Virus record (IMG/VR): IMGVR_UViG_3300045988_132725
Length of the DNA stretch: 64,000 bases
Strand: one strand, 5' to 3'
Origin: a virus
The notes below the pieces were generated by a model that worked only from the letters and a program-made list of their open reading frames with translations, had not been told where the DNA came from and made no database searches. The translations under genes and the position numbers were made by a program. Positions 27,128-36,949 of this stretch are shown here, piece by piece. Within the stretch, counting starts at the first letter, position 1, and each line of letters opens with the position of its first letter.

Positions 27128-28156
27128 TTATGCTTTGGCGGTCAGTTTATACGCTGTCCAAACTACGATCTCTGCCGGACGTACGATATTAACATCCATC
27201 TTCATTCTCATCTGGAAGAAGTATAGCTCAGAGTTGGCTTGTAAACGATCGATCTTCAATACCTCCGTATCATTGGCATAATCAACGCCCATCCATAAGT
27301 TAGAGTCCATTCCGGTACTGAAATTACCAAGAACGATAGTGCTCTCCGGAATGCCTACGATAGGAACGATTCTCTTACCCTTGAACATATATTTGTTGAC
27401 TTGGGTATTGTCGTTGTACTTGTATTGTTTGGATGTTACGTATTGATCATACAAGTCCCAAGAGGCCCAGTCCATGATGTAAACCAGATTGTTCTTTCTG
27501 ATCTGGTAAGGACATTTCTGCCACATCGTGTACATGGCAGATTCGATCTTCTCGCCAGTATCCAATTCTGTATTACCAGCCAATACCGCAGTTTCTCCAT
27601 TGATACTTTCCTTTAGGTTGGCCAAGATACGATAGATAGCTCCATCGAAATACTTATAGGAACCCGCTCCCAGATCAACGCCGTTTGTCGGTTTTGTCAA
27701 CGTATCCGTGATAGCCGCAGTTCCACCCTTTACGGATTGCCAAATAGCGTCCCCGATAAAGGCGTTCTTCTTGTCCATCAACAATCGTAACATCGTTGCC
27801 TGTACTTTCGGGTCAAGCTCACGGAATACTAAATTACCATCCGGTTGAGCGAACATCCAGTATTTCTCGAAGTCACGAGGATTGAACTCTAGATAAACCA
27901 TGAAATCCTTCGGTTCCAAATAACGTTCACGGAACGTGTATGTTCCTTTGGAATCTGTCGGGCTTGTTGGGGTTGGTTTGTTATCTTGGATGATCTCACC
28001 TAAACTTACGGAAGGAAGGGTGTATTTGTATTGGATACCACTCTTGATATGGATCAAACCCTCCTTATAGGTATCATTGCCTTGGGCGGTATAGGTCAGC
28101 AGGTCCTCTAGGACTTCACCTGCGTATGAGTTTTGTGCAAAAGTTACACTTGCCAT
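27128..28156 (-). CDS. Major capsid protein
   Basis: 342 aa, directly after the protease-scaffold gene. The N-terminus MASVTFAQNSYAGEVLEDLL... is typical of capsid genes of this phage type. Confidence 0.6.
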   Translation of the reverse strand: MASVTFAQNSYAGEVLEDLLTYTAQGNDTYKEGLIHIKSGIQYKYTLPSVSLGEIIQDNKPTPTSPTDSKGTYTFRERYLEPKDFMVYLEFNPRDFEKYWMFAQPDGNLVFRELDPKVQATMLRLLMDKKNAFIGDAIWQSVKGGTAAITDTLTKPTNGVDLGAGSYKYFDGAIYRILANLKESINGETAVLAGNTELDTGEKIESAMYTMWQKCPYQIRKNNLVYIMDWASWDLYDQYVTSKQYKYNDNTQVNKYMFKGKRIVPIVGIPESTIVLGNFSTGMDSNLWMGVDYANDTEVLKIDRLQANSELYFFQMRMKMDVNIVRPAEIVVWTAYKLTAKA

Positions 28157-28187
28157 AAATTAATTATTAAGGTTTTAGTTATTGTTT

Positions 28188-29540
28188 TTACTTAAGTGAC
28201 CCAAAAGTGAAGTCCTTGCCAACGACAGCCTCTACCTGTTCGGCCATTTTAGCCTCTACCGTATGGACACTATCTTTCACTTTTTCCACATTATCCTTGT
28301 CGTTTTCAATCTCTGTGGAGATCTTATCTCTGGCTGGGATAGAATCCAACGTTGCCTTAGCCAAATCAAAATTCTTCATCGCCATGTCCATCCAGTTCTG
28401 TTTAGCTGAATCCTCGATCTTACCGGCTTGAATAGCGTCTTGGACCATAGATGCGATTTTCTGGTTCATAACCTCTTTCTCAGCATCCTTGTAAGTTTTC
28501 AATTCTGCTTTAACATTTTCTAGCTCTTTAGTCAGGTTCTGGTTCTTGGTGATCTCTCCCTCTTTCTCGATTTTCAAGGAATCGATAGTCTTGTTAGCCT
28601 CCGTTAATTTATTCTCGACACCAACCAATTCCGTGATTCGTGCCATGACTTGTGAGACCTCTGTTTTTTCCTTGAAACCAAGAGAAGCGACAACAGCACC
28701 AAAATTGAAATCAATAGTCTTGTTTTCTTCCATGTTATTTGTCTTGGTTTTATTTTCTACTTCCGTAGGTTCTTGTTTGTTTTTATTAAGATTAGAGATA
28801 CTATCATCTAAAGGTTTATTTACCTTATTTAGAGTGTCATTAAGCGATAGCTCATTGCAAACAGAGGTGATTGTGTTCTGGAGGATATGGCTGTCTGTAA
28901 TGCCCTCTATTGCGTTCTTGACTTTCTCTATTTTCTGTTTTGAGGTCTTTATCACGTTCTCCGCTGGGATGATGCCCGCCTTAACCGCATCTTCAGCCGT
29001 GAAGAACGTACCATCGGAATCTTCCTTGCCAGACATGATCTCCTTTACCTTGGTCTTGTTGAACCCCCATCTCTTCATGTAGATCATCTCGATCTGTTGC
29101 CGGAAGGCTTTCACGTAATCAGGTTCCTCGGTTTTGGCCTTTGTCTTGCATCCGTCTTCGGTGTTGCACTTATCGTCTTGATCGGAAGCAGTATTGAAAG
29201 GGTTGTGGACCATTAGGATCGCATAATCCCTCATTAGAGATTTGTCTCCTGCGGCCCAGATAATAGAACCCATAGAGGCGGCTAGACCCTCGTTTATACA
29301 TTCCGTGGGAATCGATGAGTTTCTGATCACTGAGAACATACTCATACCATACAAAACAGAACCACCTTCACTATTAATGAGGATCCTGATCTTGCTTGGT
29401 TTTATGTAGCTCTCTATCCATAAGAACTCTGAGTTGAATGCGTTGGCACTATACTCGTTTACGGCATCAAAGAATCGAATGTCGCAAACTTCATTGGTTT
29501 TGGCTTCTCCAACGACATATTTGAATTTTGTCGTATCCAT
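28188..29540 (-). CDS. ClpP-family (S14) prohead protease fused to a coiled-coil scaffold domain
   Basis: Protease motifs EGGSVLYGMSMF, GLAASMGSIIWAAGD (Ser) and MVHNP (His). The C-terminal 250 aa is Glu/Lys-rich coiled coil. Confidence 0.8.
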   Translation of the reverse strand: MDTTKFKYVVGEAKTNEVCDIRFFDAVNEYSANAFNSEFLWIESYIKPSKIRILINSEGGSVLYGMSMFSVIRNSSIPTECINEGLAASMGSIIWAAGDKSLMRDYAILMVHNPFNTASDQDDKCNTEDGCKTKAKTEEPDYVKAFRQQIEMIYMKRWGFNKTKVKEIMSGKEDSDGTFFTAEDAVKAGIIPAENVIKTSKQKIEKVKNAIEGITDSHILQNTITSVCNELSLNDTLNKVNKPLDDSISNLNKNKQEPTEVENKTKTNNMEENKTIDFNFGAVVASLGFKEKTEVSQVMARITELVGVENKLTEANKTIDSLKIEKEGEITKNQNLTKELENVKAELKTYKDAEKEVMNQKIASMVQDAIQAGKIEDSAKQNWMDMAMKNFDLAKATLDSIPARDKISTEIENDKDNVEKVKDSVHTVEAKMAEQVEAVVGKDFTFGSLK

Positions 29541-29559
29541 CGTAAGTTGTTTTGGTTTA

Positions 29560-29575
29560 GTTTATTAAGATTAGC
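29560..29575 (-). promoter_or_regulatory. Structural-gene box (minus sense GCTAATCTTAATAAAC)
   Basis: About 25 nt upstream of the protease ATG. Confidence 0.4.
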
Positions 29576-29633
29576 TGAAACTACGCTTGTTAGTTTTATG
29601 TCTCTTTAAACGTGGACTTTTGGATTTCAAAGA

Positions 29634-32006
29634 TCATGAAAGTACACGATTATAATTCCTATAGGTTACTTTAGAACTTGTATTTACAGGAAGCTCTATC
29701 ACTAGTTCAATTGTGTATATATCAATTTGAGTATTATTATTACCTGCTAATGAAGTATGGGTGGTGGTAAATATAAATGTTTCTCCAAAATTTATACCAC
29801 TGGTAAACCTATAGAACCCCAGTCCTTCAAACACATATAAAATAATGTTTCGTTTGTTTTCAAAGGCCGTTTTGATTTCATTATATCTAGCTTCTGTTAT
29901 AGTAAATGTTTGTTCTCCGGTTCCTCCAGAGATATCCAAATAATCAATAATATAATCAGAGCTGACAGGCTTATAGCTTCCGTTATCCATCAATGCTTTA
30001 GATCCATCACCGTTGGTTTTTAAAGTTAAGCCGCATGAGGTTGGATTATTTCCATCCGACACTACAGAAGAGATCGATAACCCATTACTGCCTCCGGCTA
30101 TCGTGCTTGCGTATGCGATCATGCTACATGCTTTTGTAGTCGCATCCACGGACATACCTACTAAATATTGAGGATATTGAGGTAATATACCGTTGATGAG
30201 CATATCAACGCTACTTGTTGTTCTTGTTATGACACCTTTGTCATAGCACATTCCTATACCTTCATTTATAAATTCTTCGGTTACGGAAAAGAAATAAGTT
30301 TTATCTATCTCTGGGGTAGCCGCAACCAATATATCCCATTCCGCTTGCGTGACCGTTCCCCCTTCACCTGCGTCTCCAATTCTTTTAAATATATCGCTAA
30401 CCCCCGGTTTTAACATCGTATTCACCGTGCTCCAATTACCTTTTCCATCAAGGAATTTCGTAGCGTCATCTGGTAGGACATTAACAATACCATTTTGCGT
30501 TGTTGAGACTTTTGGTAAAAAGCGATAGGTTCCGTCATTCGCTAAAAACATATCACTAGATCCATCTGTGGAAATAACACCGTTATCAGCGCTGCAAGCG
30601 AGCGTATATTTTGTATCTTGTTTTTGAATTTCTATAATAATATCTTTGGCATCTGAGTGTAATGAACCAAATATACATTGGGCAAATTCTGGGCCGTAAC
30701 ACAGCCCGTATACGCAATCTGCGGTTATATATACTCCGATATCCGCTTGGCTGTATTTTACCTTTATGCTTTCATTGTTTTTTATGGCATTCCAAATATC
30801 ATTGAATTGAGTTTCTGTTATGGTTTCTGGAGTTGTGCCCCCTACCATGTCGATATATTCTATCAATAAGCATTCTTTCTCCGGTGTATATCCCAAGGCT
30901 GATGTGATATTGCTTTTAGTTATGGAGATGGTGCCAGAGCTATTCGTTATGTTAGCACCTGTCTTAACACCACCCAGTATTGACCCTGTGGCTGTTGGTA
31001 GCGTATAAGTCGTATCCTTATAATAAGGGACACCTCCAATAATAGGACAAGTAGTATAACCTGAAACGTTGGTGACAGAAGAACCATTTTTTACCAAACC
31101 AGTGCTTCCATTAGCGCCAACCACGCTATATGTGGTGTTGTTATCCGCTCCCCATACAGCCGTACCATCTGAACCCCATCGAAGGATCTGACCGGATGCT
31201 CCACCTGCTGGGATATGTTTGTTTCCTGATGTTGTGGGATGAATGTAATTGTTCGCCCCTGTCGCTATGCCATCTAATTTATTCTTATCTGAGGCTGTCA
31301 TTAGTCCAGACTTAGAACCATTTGCTCCATTAATATAAAATGAGCTGTTGCTGGTTGCCCCACTACTGGAATTTATTTGATGTATGAGAAATTTAATCTT
31401 ATCCTCTTCATATTCTATTGATGGAGTTTGATCTATAACCCAACCGATTCTTGATAGTTTGTCTTTTTCGATTGTAGTATAATCATTAGCGCTTAACCCT
31501 TTTCCGGATACCTTATCAACTTTGTTTCCTAACGCTGTGTTTATAACCTTACTTTGCACAGGATTCGTACTTGTCGAGCTTAATGAGCTATCAACGGTTA
31601 TTGGGGACGGGATTTCGGGCAGCTGGGATAACGGAATCTTGCCGCTAACAAGATCTGCCTTTGTAGCTAACGCACCATCAACATAAGCCTTGTTGACATC
31701 GACAGTAGGGATAGTAGGTTTATTGGATAAGTCATTATAACTACCTGTTTTTGCGACATTGGATAATCCTGTTATCTCTGACGCTGAATAAGATGGCTTT
31801 GTGGCATTTTTTGCCCATGCGCTAACATCCGATGCTGGACGTGAGTCGCTTAATCTAGGATCATCTTTTTTGACATATGTTCCATCATGAGTATGAGATA
31901 CTATTTCGCCAGTAAGAACATTCTCAATGGTTTCTTTTGTTATCTCATTGCTTGATAATATTTTAATTTGCGTATTACTGATTACTTTATTCCCTTGTTT
32001 TATCAT
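29634..32006 (-). CDS. Fibre-like structural protein (head-module fibre cluster)
   Basis: 790 aa. Carries fibre repeats SGKGLSANDYTTIEKDKLSRI and SYNDLSNKPTIP. Confidence 0.55.
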   Translation of the reverse strand: MIKQGNKVISNTQIKILSSNEITKETIENVLTGEIVSHTHDGTYVKKDDPRLSDSRPASDVSAWAKNATKPSYSASEITGLSNVAKTGSYNDLSNKPTIPTVDVNKAYVDGALATKADLVSGKIPLSQLPEIPSPITVDSSLSSTSTNPVQSKVINTALGNKVDKVSGKGLSANDYTTIEKDKLSRIGWVIDQTPSIEYEEDKIKFLIHQINSSSGATSNSSFYINGANGSKSGLMTASDKNKLDGIATGANNYIHPTTSGNKHIPAGGASGQILRWGSDGTAVWGADNNTTYSVVGANGSTGLVKNGSSVTNVSGYTTCPIIGGVPYYKDTTYTLPTATGSILGGVKTGANITNSSGTISITKSNITSALGYTPEKECLLIEYIDMVGGTTPETITETQFNDIWNAIKNNESIKVKYSQADIGVYITADCVYGLCYGPEFAQCIFGSLHSDAKDIIIEIQKQDTKYTLACSADNGVISTDGSSDMFLANDGTYRFLPKVSTTQNGIVNVLPDDATKFLDGKGNWSTVNTMLKPGVSDIFKRIGDAGEGGTVTQAEWDILVAATPEIDKTYFFSVTEEFINEGIGMCYDKGVITRTTSSVDMLINGILPQYPQYLVGMSVDATTKACSMIAYASTIAGGSNGLSISSVVSDGNNPTSCGLTLKTNGDGSKALMDNGSYKPVSSDYIIDYLDISGGTGEQTFTITEARYNEIKTAFENKRNIILYVFEGLGFYRFTSGINFGETFIFTTTHTSLAGNNNTQIDIYTIELVIELPVNTSSKVTYRNYNRVLS

Positions 32007-32692
32007 AAGGCTTGGTTTATTTTTGTATCTCCTATAAAAATTTGATTGATAACTTGCTCTCCAACGAATCCGATCGGTAACATTAATTCAAGAACTATAC
32101 ACCCCGGAGATGGAGAGGTTGGGGCGCTACCTCCAGAGCCTGCGCTTGCTTTTCCATAAGACGTGGTATATTCACATGAAAAGATAGCGTTAGGGGGCGT
32201 ACTATTAGGAACTCTTCCTCCAGATGGAGCTTTCGGGTCGTGCCAGTTATGTATAACCATTATAGCACCTTCAGCTTTATTGGCTCTACCGGTTCCTCCT
32301 GTGCCTCCATCTCCATTACCTCCAAAAGCGCTTGCATTCGTACCATTTTCCCCGTTTCCTCCATTGTAGGCTTTGAGCGTAAACTTATTCGATGAGACTT
32401 TTGCTCCATACGTACCGTCATCGTTCGTGTATTCAAGTTTAATGTTATCCGAATATTTTATCGAAGATGATACGCATAAAACTCCTCCGTTCGCTCCTGC
32501 ACCTCCAGCTCCTCCTTTATATAAACCCCACCCATTTCCGGCGTTTCCTCCCATTCCTCCTTTTCCTATACACCATATATTTACGGAATACGATGCGGAT
32601 GGTATGTTGGGTAACATCTGGAATAGATCTCCCAACGTACCTGAATATATGACAGAGGAACTATCATCGATAGGGTGTATACTTTTTCTCAT
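32003..32692 (-). CDS. Glycine-rich protein
   Basis: 229 aa. GKGGMGGNAGNGWGLYKGGAGGAGANGG and GGNGENGTNASAFGGNGDGGTGGTG tracts. Coupled to both neighbours. Confidence 0.55.
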   Translation of the reverse strand: MRKSIHPIDDSSSVIYSGTLGDLFQMLPNIPSASYSVNIWCIGKGGMGGNAGNGWGLYKGGAGGAGANGGVLCVSSSIKYSDNIKLEYTNDDGTYGAKVSSNKFTLKAYNGGNGENGTNASAFGGNGDGGTGGTGRANKAEGAIMVIHNWHDPKAPSGGRVPNSTPPNAIFSCEYTTSYGKASAGSGGSAPTSPSPGCIVLELMLPIGFVGEQVINQIFIGDTKINQAL

Positions 32693-32693
32693 A

Positions 32694-33890
32694 TCAATCC
32701 TTTATTAAATATATAGTGTTAGTGTCATGAGGAATTATTGAACCATATTCTTCTATTGTTCCGATCCAAATATTGAATCCGGAGAATGGGTTCACGTCCG
32801 TGATAAAACAAATCCAGCTAGGATCGATTTCTCCCGTGCTAAACTGGGTATCGTATTCCGATTGAGTGCCAACCCAGTCATATACCCGATTTGTGGACGA
32901 GATAGTATTTTTGTTCGTTGTTCCTGTCACGGCCCATTTAGATTGAGACTTATCGATACTGGTTTGATCTATATCTTGTTCCAAAATGACATTTGGTTTG
33001 TTTAATATTTGGGCACTACCTGCTATGGCGTTCCAATCAGCGTTGACATTAACCTCTGCGTTTGCGGCAATGCTACTTAACTTGTTTTTTTCCTCATTAG
33101 TGTAGTCATTCGTGGATAATCCCTTACCAACCTCTTTGGGAACATATTTGTTATCATTCTGTTCCGTTGTACTATATGCGGATAAATCGATAGCGGTATT
33201 TCCTATCAGCTCATATTTATCATCGATCCATATATATTCATTGTGAAAATCAGTGTTTCTTCCATCGCTTTTAGGAACCAAGTAAATGATGCCCTTTTGA
33301 CCAATTGAGGGTAGGGTAGAGACAACCGATATGTCAAATCCTACTATTTTACCAATTTGCTCATTGGTGTATTGTTTCGAGGCGTTTAGCGTGTCCGATA
33401 TTTGTTGCCGTAAGACACTGTCATCAAAAATGGTATCGGTAAATTTAGCGTTGGATGGAACATCGGAATTTACAGTATGTCCATTAACGGTGCTAGAATT
33501 TCCACCGTCCGCTGGCAAGGATGAAGGGAAATCAGATATTTGGCTCTTGGTGTGGGTGTGGGCATCTGGCGTGAACTTCGAGGGTTTATTCTTAATGTAA
33601 TCTTTGGCCGATGTGTTTGTTTGATTCCAGTCTGGTTGAACTTGGGTAATGGAGGCGATAAAATCTTCTTCTGTACCAGAGTTTCCTTGATCTAACCAAG
33701 ACTGATAAGTGGATTTGGACATCAATGCCCAAGACTCACCTTCGGATGGGACTTCGTTGGTATTGTTATTGATTAAGCTGGCCCAAGAACCGCCGTTATA
33801 AGAAACAACGTCTTTTTGTTCGTATGTGGTGAAGGAGTTCCATTCCCCCTTATTAATATAGGCGATCCTACCTAAATCTATAATTGGCAT
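32694..33890 (-). CDS. Fibre-like structural protein
   Basis: 398 aa. PDWNQTNTSAKDYIKNKP, NADWNAIAGSAQILNKPN and GKGLSTNDYTNEEKNKLSSI repeats. Confidence 0.55.
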   Translation of the reverse strand: MPIIDLGRIAYINKGEWNSFTTYEQKDVVSYNGGSWASLINNNTNEVPSEGESWALMSKSTYQSWLDQGNSGTEEDFIASITQVQPDWNQTNTSAKDYIKNKPSKFTPDAHTHTKSQISDFPSSLPADGGNSSTVNGHTVNSDVPSNAKFTDTIFDDSVLRQQISDTLNASKQYTNEQIGKIVGFDISVVSTLPSIGQKGIIYLVPKSDGRNTDFHNEYIWIDDKYELIGNTAIDLSAYSTTEQNDNKYVPKEVGKGLSTNDYTNEEKNKLSSIAANAEVNVNADWNAIAGSAQILNKPNVILEQDIDQTSIDKSQSKWAVTGTTNKNTISSTNRVYDWVGTQSEYDTQFSTGEIDPSWICFITDVNPFSGFNIWIGTIEEYGSIIPHDTNTIYLIKD

Positions 33891-33907
33891 GTTATCGTAT
33901 TTTTGAA

Positions 33908-35530
33908 TTAATTATCTGGAATATTGATTATTAGATGACCATCGCTGTTAATCATTAAATTCTCAAAGAAATAACGTCCAGTGTTAACCGCCATCGTCTC
34001 CTTTTGCTCCGGTGTCAAGTCCTCCCAAGTATAAGGATCTCCCTTTTGCCCTTCCAAACGACCATGATCCTGCCAGCCACTCTCTCCATCAGATCCTTTA
34101 CCCCAGAAATAATAGTTGTATGGTTTTTGGGTTCCAACAGCGCAACATCCGTTTATATCGGATCCGTCCGGTATGGCGGTGCTTAGGTCATCAAGCGTGT
34201 CATATGTGGCATGTATATTGAAAGAGGTTCCAGACTTACCTTTAGGGACAGATATATTGATCGCATAAATCGGGTTACCGCTACTGTCAACGCCGGATTC
34301 TGAAAGAGATACATTGGCTGGCACGTCCGGTTCCGAGGAGACAACATTACCTATGATAAATTGAGGTGTCTTTCCAGAGAAACCCCTCATACCGGACATG
34401 TCCACCAGATAATCGAAACCTTCTGACGTGCGCACATAAAGTTTTCCTGTATCCTCAACCTCTACGTCCCCATTGATAACCACGAACTTACCTTCTGGCA
34501 CGTTGTCCTTGTTATTGTTCATCTCAGGGATAGAGGGAAACGTCCTAAATATATTGAACGCTTCTGGTCGTAGACATATATCCAGCTTGTTATAGGATTG
34601 AGTGGAACGATCCCATTGATACACGTAAAAATCGGTCCCTACATAGTTTGGATGGTTCGCCACGTCAAGGGCCAAATCCTTGGCTGTGTTGGTCTCATTG
34701 ACAATCTGGGAGTACTCGGATTTTCTGTCAGATTCAGCTTGGGCACGTAATGTTTCCGCATTTATTCTGGAGGTTTCCTCGTTAACTCTCGCTTGCTCTC
34801 TCTGGACCCTTTGAGTCTCCGATTGTTCCCGTTGTTGCTCGGCTATCTTCCTTGATTCCTCGTTGCTTATACGTATAGTCTCTTGCCGCTTACGTTCAGT
34901 CTCGCTGCTCAACCTGTCTTGCTCGGACATATCTCGTTTCGCCTCCTCATCACTAATTAAGTTATTTAATGCTTCAATATTATTTAACGCATTATTTACC
35001 AGATTTATAACAGTCTCGCATTGGGCAGCGGCATCTATGGCTGGTTTTTGAAGGAGGGCTATCTCTTGCTCAGTAAAATCTGAGAAATGGAACTTGATCT
35101 CGTTTTTCTGCTCCTCGGTTAATTTATCGTAGCTGAGGGAAATATCCTTCGTGGGGACCAATAACTTGTATGCGGAATCCGGCTCCCTGTTATATTTAGC
35201 CTCTATACCTTCAGTGGTATACCTTAATATCGGATAGTCGCCGCTAACAACTCCACAATCGAAAGTAAGCCCATTCGAGAAAGAGATTATAAGGTGTTGG
35301 TTATTGATCTCGATGTGGGTAATGGAGCTATAGACTTTTGCCTCATCTATAAAACCATCTGTCGCATTGACGATATTTTCCGCACTCACTTGATAATCGG
35401 TTTCTGTATGGTTAATGTTAGAGACTGACATCAATCTTATCTTGGGTGACTGAACGATGGAATACCATTCGCCCTTATTGGGGATTTGATCAATTGAATG
35501 CCAGACCTTATTTGTTGAAGGTTTACTCAT
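33908..35530 (-). CDS. Coiled-coil fibre-like structural protein
   Basis: 540 aa. Central Glu/Arg heptad-like tract EEAKRDMSEQDRLSSETERKRQETIRISNEESRKIAEQQREQSETQRVQREQARVNEE... Confidence 0.5.
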   Translation of the reverse strand: MSKPSTNKVWHSIDQIPNKGEWYSIVQSPKIRLMSVSNINHTETDYQVSAENIVNATDGFIDEAKVYSSITHIEINNQHLIISFSNGLTFDCGVVSGDYPILRYTTEGIEAKYNREPDSAYKLLVPTKDISLSYDKLTEEQKNEIKFHFSDFTEQEIALLQKPAIDAAAQCETVINLVNNALNNIEALNNLISDEEAKRDMSEQDRLSSETERKRQETIRISNEESRKIAEQQREQSETQRVQREQARVNEETSRINAETLRAQAESDRKSEYSQIVNETNTAKDLALDVANHPNYVGTDFYVYQWDRSTQSYNKLDICLRPEAFNIFRTFPSIPEMNNNKDNVPEGKFVVINGDVEVEDTGKLYVRTSEGFDYLVDMSGMRGFSGKTPQFIIGNVVSSEPDVPANVSLSESGVDSSGNPIYAINISVPKGKSGTSFNIHATYDTLDDLSTAIPDGSDINGCCAVGTQKPYNYYFWGKGSDGESGWQDHGRLEGQKGDPYTWEDLTPEQKETMAVNTGRYFFENLMINSDGHLIINIPDN

Positions 35531-36482
35531 TGTTATTTCTTTTTGTGTAAACTATAATATCCTTGACCGCATTGACCCCGTTTGGTGTCGTGACGAGTAT
35601 TTGACAGTTTCCGGTCTTGATCCCGGTTATAATGCCGCTTTGGGTGACAGTCGCTATGGACGTATCAGAGGAAGCGAAACTTATGTTCTTGTTGGTTGTG
35701 TCATCTGGAGAGAACAAGACTGTCAAGACCATTTGCTCTCCAGCTTCTAATCGATTGTCTTGTGGTAATATCTGGATGGCATCGGGACTAATTATACCGT
35801 CATCGATCGTGGATGATTCATTATAGGCAGGCTCTGTCACGTCTTCCTTATCATCTGGAACATCACTATGGTTGGTGAATGGAGGAGTGATGACCTTTTT
35901 CTTGATCCAGTCGGCATACTTGTAGCTTGATGTTATCCTGAAATATATTTCATAATCAAGCCAGTACGCTTGCAGCATATTAGTGGATTGTGGCATGTCA
36001 AAGTACATCAAGTTGCATCGTTCCTGAAGTGCCTCCTCTTCCTCTTTTGCATCTTGGATAGCCTTGTTCAATCTCTCCGCTATATAAAATGGATAAGTCT
36101 CCCAATTCACGTGCTGGTTGTCTAGCTTGTTGAGGATAAACCTTATACGGATGGTACCACGACCTTCCCCGATACGTTGCTGGGCCACCAGAAAATGAAC
36201 ATTCGTAAATCGTATAAAACAAGCAGGAAAAACGGTCTCGTATTCAGTATTGGTTTTACTCATGATTCTCTCGAACTGACCGGTATCTATGGCTATTGTT
36301 TTAAAAAGGGGAGGACTTTCCATATTACCCTCTTCTTCCTTCACGGTAAGGATTGCTCTTTTGATAGCTTGAAATACATCGCCTAATGTGTTCTCATTGT
36401 CTGTAAGCTCACTATTGTCTTGCTCATCAGAACTTCCTTCGCTTTCTTTCGTTAAGAGTCTTGGTTTGTATTTTTTTATCAT
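35523..36482 (-). CDS. Protein with C-terminal bacterial Ig-like (Big_2) domain, probable capsid decoration
   Basis: 319 aa. IQILPQDNRLEAGEQMVLTVLFSPDDTTNKNISFASSDTSIATVTQSGIITGIKTGNCQILVTTPNG matches the Big_2 pattern. Confidence 0.6.
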   Translation of the reverse strand: MIKKYKPRLLTKESEGSSDEQDNSELTDNENTLGDVFQAIKRAILTVKEEEGNMESPPLFKTIAIDTGQFERIMSKTNTEYETVFPACFIRFTNVHFLVAQQRIGEGRGTIRIRFILNKLDNQHVNWETYPFYIAERLNKAIQDAKEEEEALQERCNLMYFDMPQSTNMLQAYWLDYEIYFRITSSYKYADWIKKKVITPPFTNHSDVPDDKEDVTEPAYNESSTIDDGIISPDAIQILPQDNRLEAGEQMVLTVLFSPDDTTNKNISFASSDTSIATVTQSGIITGIKTGNCQILVTTPNGVNAVKDIIVYTKRNNNE

Positions 36483-36949
36483 ATGATGCTTTTTAATAAG
36501 TTATATAGTATCAGTTGCGCTTTAAGCTCAACCAAAGGGGAGTCACCCATGAATTTACGTTGGATGTTTGGAGGCCATGTTCCTGTGGGATCGTTATGGA
36601 AGGCTGCGTAACTTTTAAATGCGTCATTTCTTCTTCCATTAGCACGGAACTTGTTTTCATCCGTATAGATCATCAACCCTCCTCCTTCGTATAGTTGGTA
36701 GGAGATAGAATCTTTCAAATCCCCCGTTTCGTTCATTAACTCATGATGATAACGATGTTCGTTTTTTCTAAGAGGCCAAAATCTACCATTGTCGCCGGGA
36801 GCTTTCTTTAGGTCAAACGACCTCTTAAATTCCTTGACATATTCTTCCCCTATTTTCAGCTTGGCCTTAAATAAGCCAGACGCAAATTTGCTAGGGACTA
36901 TTTTCCATTGATTTAGCATGTCTTGAAAAGTGATATCTATACCATTCAT
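36479..36949 (-). CDS. Hypothetical head morphogenesis protein
   Basis: 156-aa ORF coupled to the MuF-like gene. Confidence 0.45.
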   Translation of the reverse strand: MNGIDITFQDMLNQWKIVPSKFASGLFKAKLKIGEEYVKEFKRSFDLKKAPGDNGRFWPLRKNEHRYHHELMNETGDLKDSISYQLYEGGGLMIYTDENKFRANGRRNDAFKSYAAFHNDPTGTWPPNIQRKFMGDSPLVELKAQLILYNLLKSII

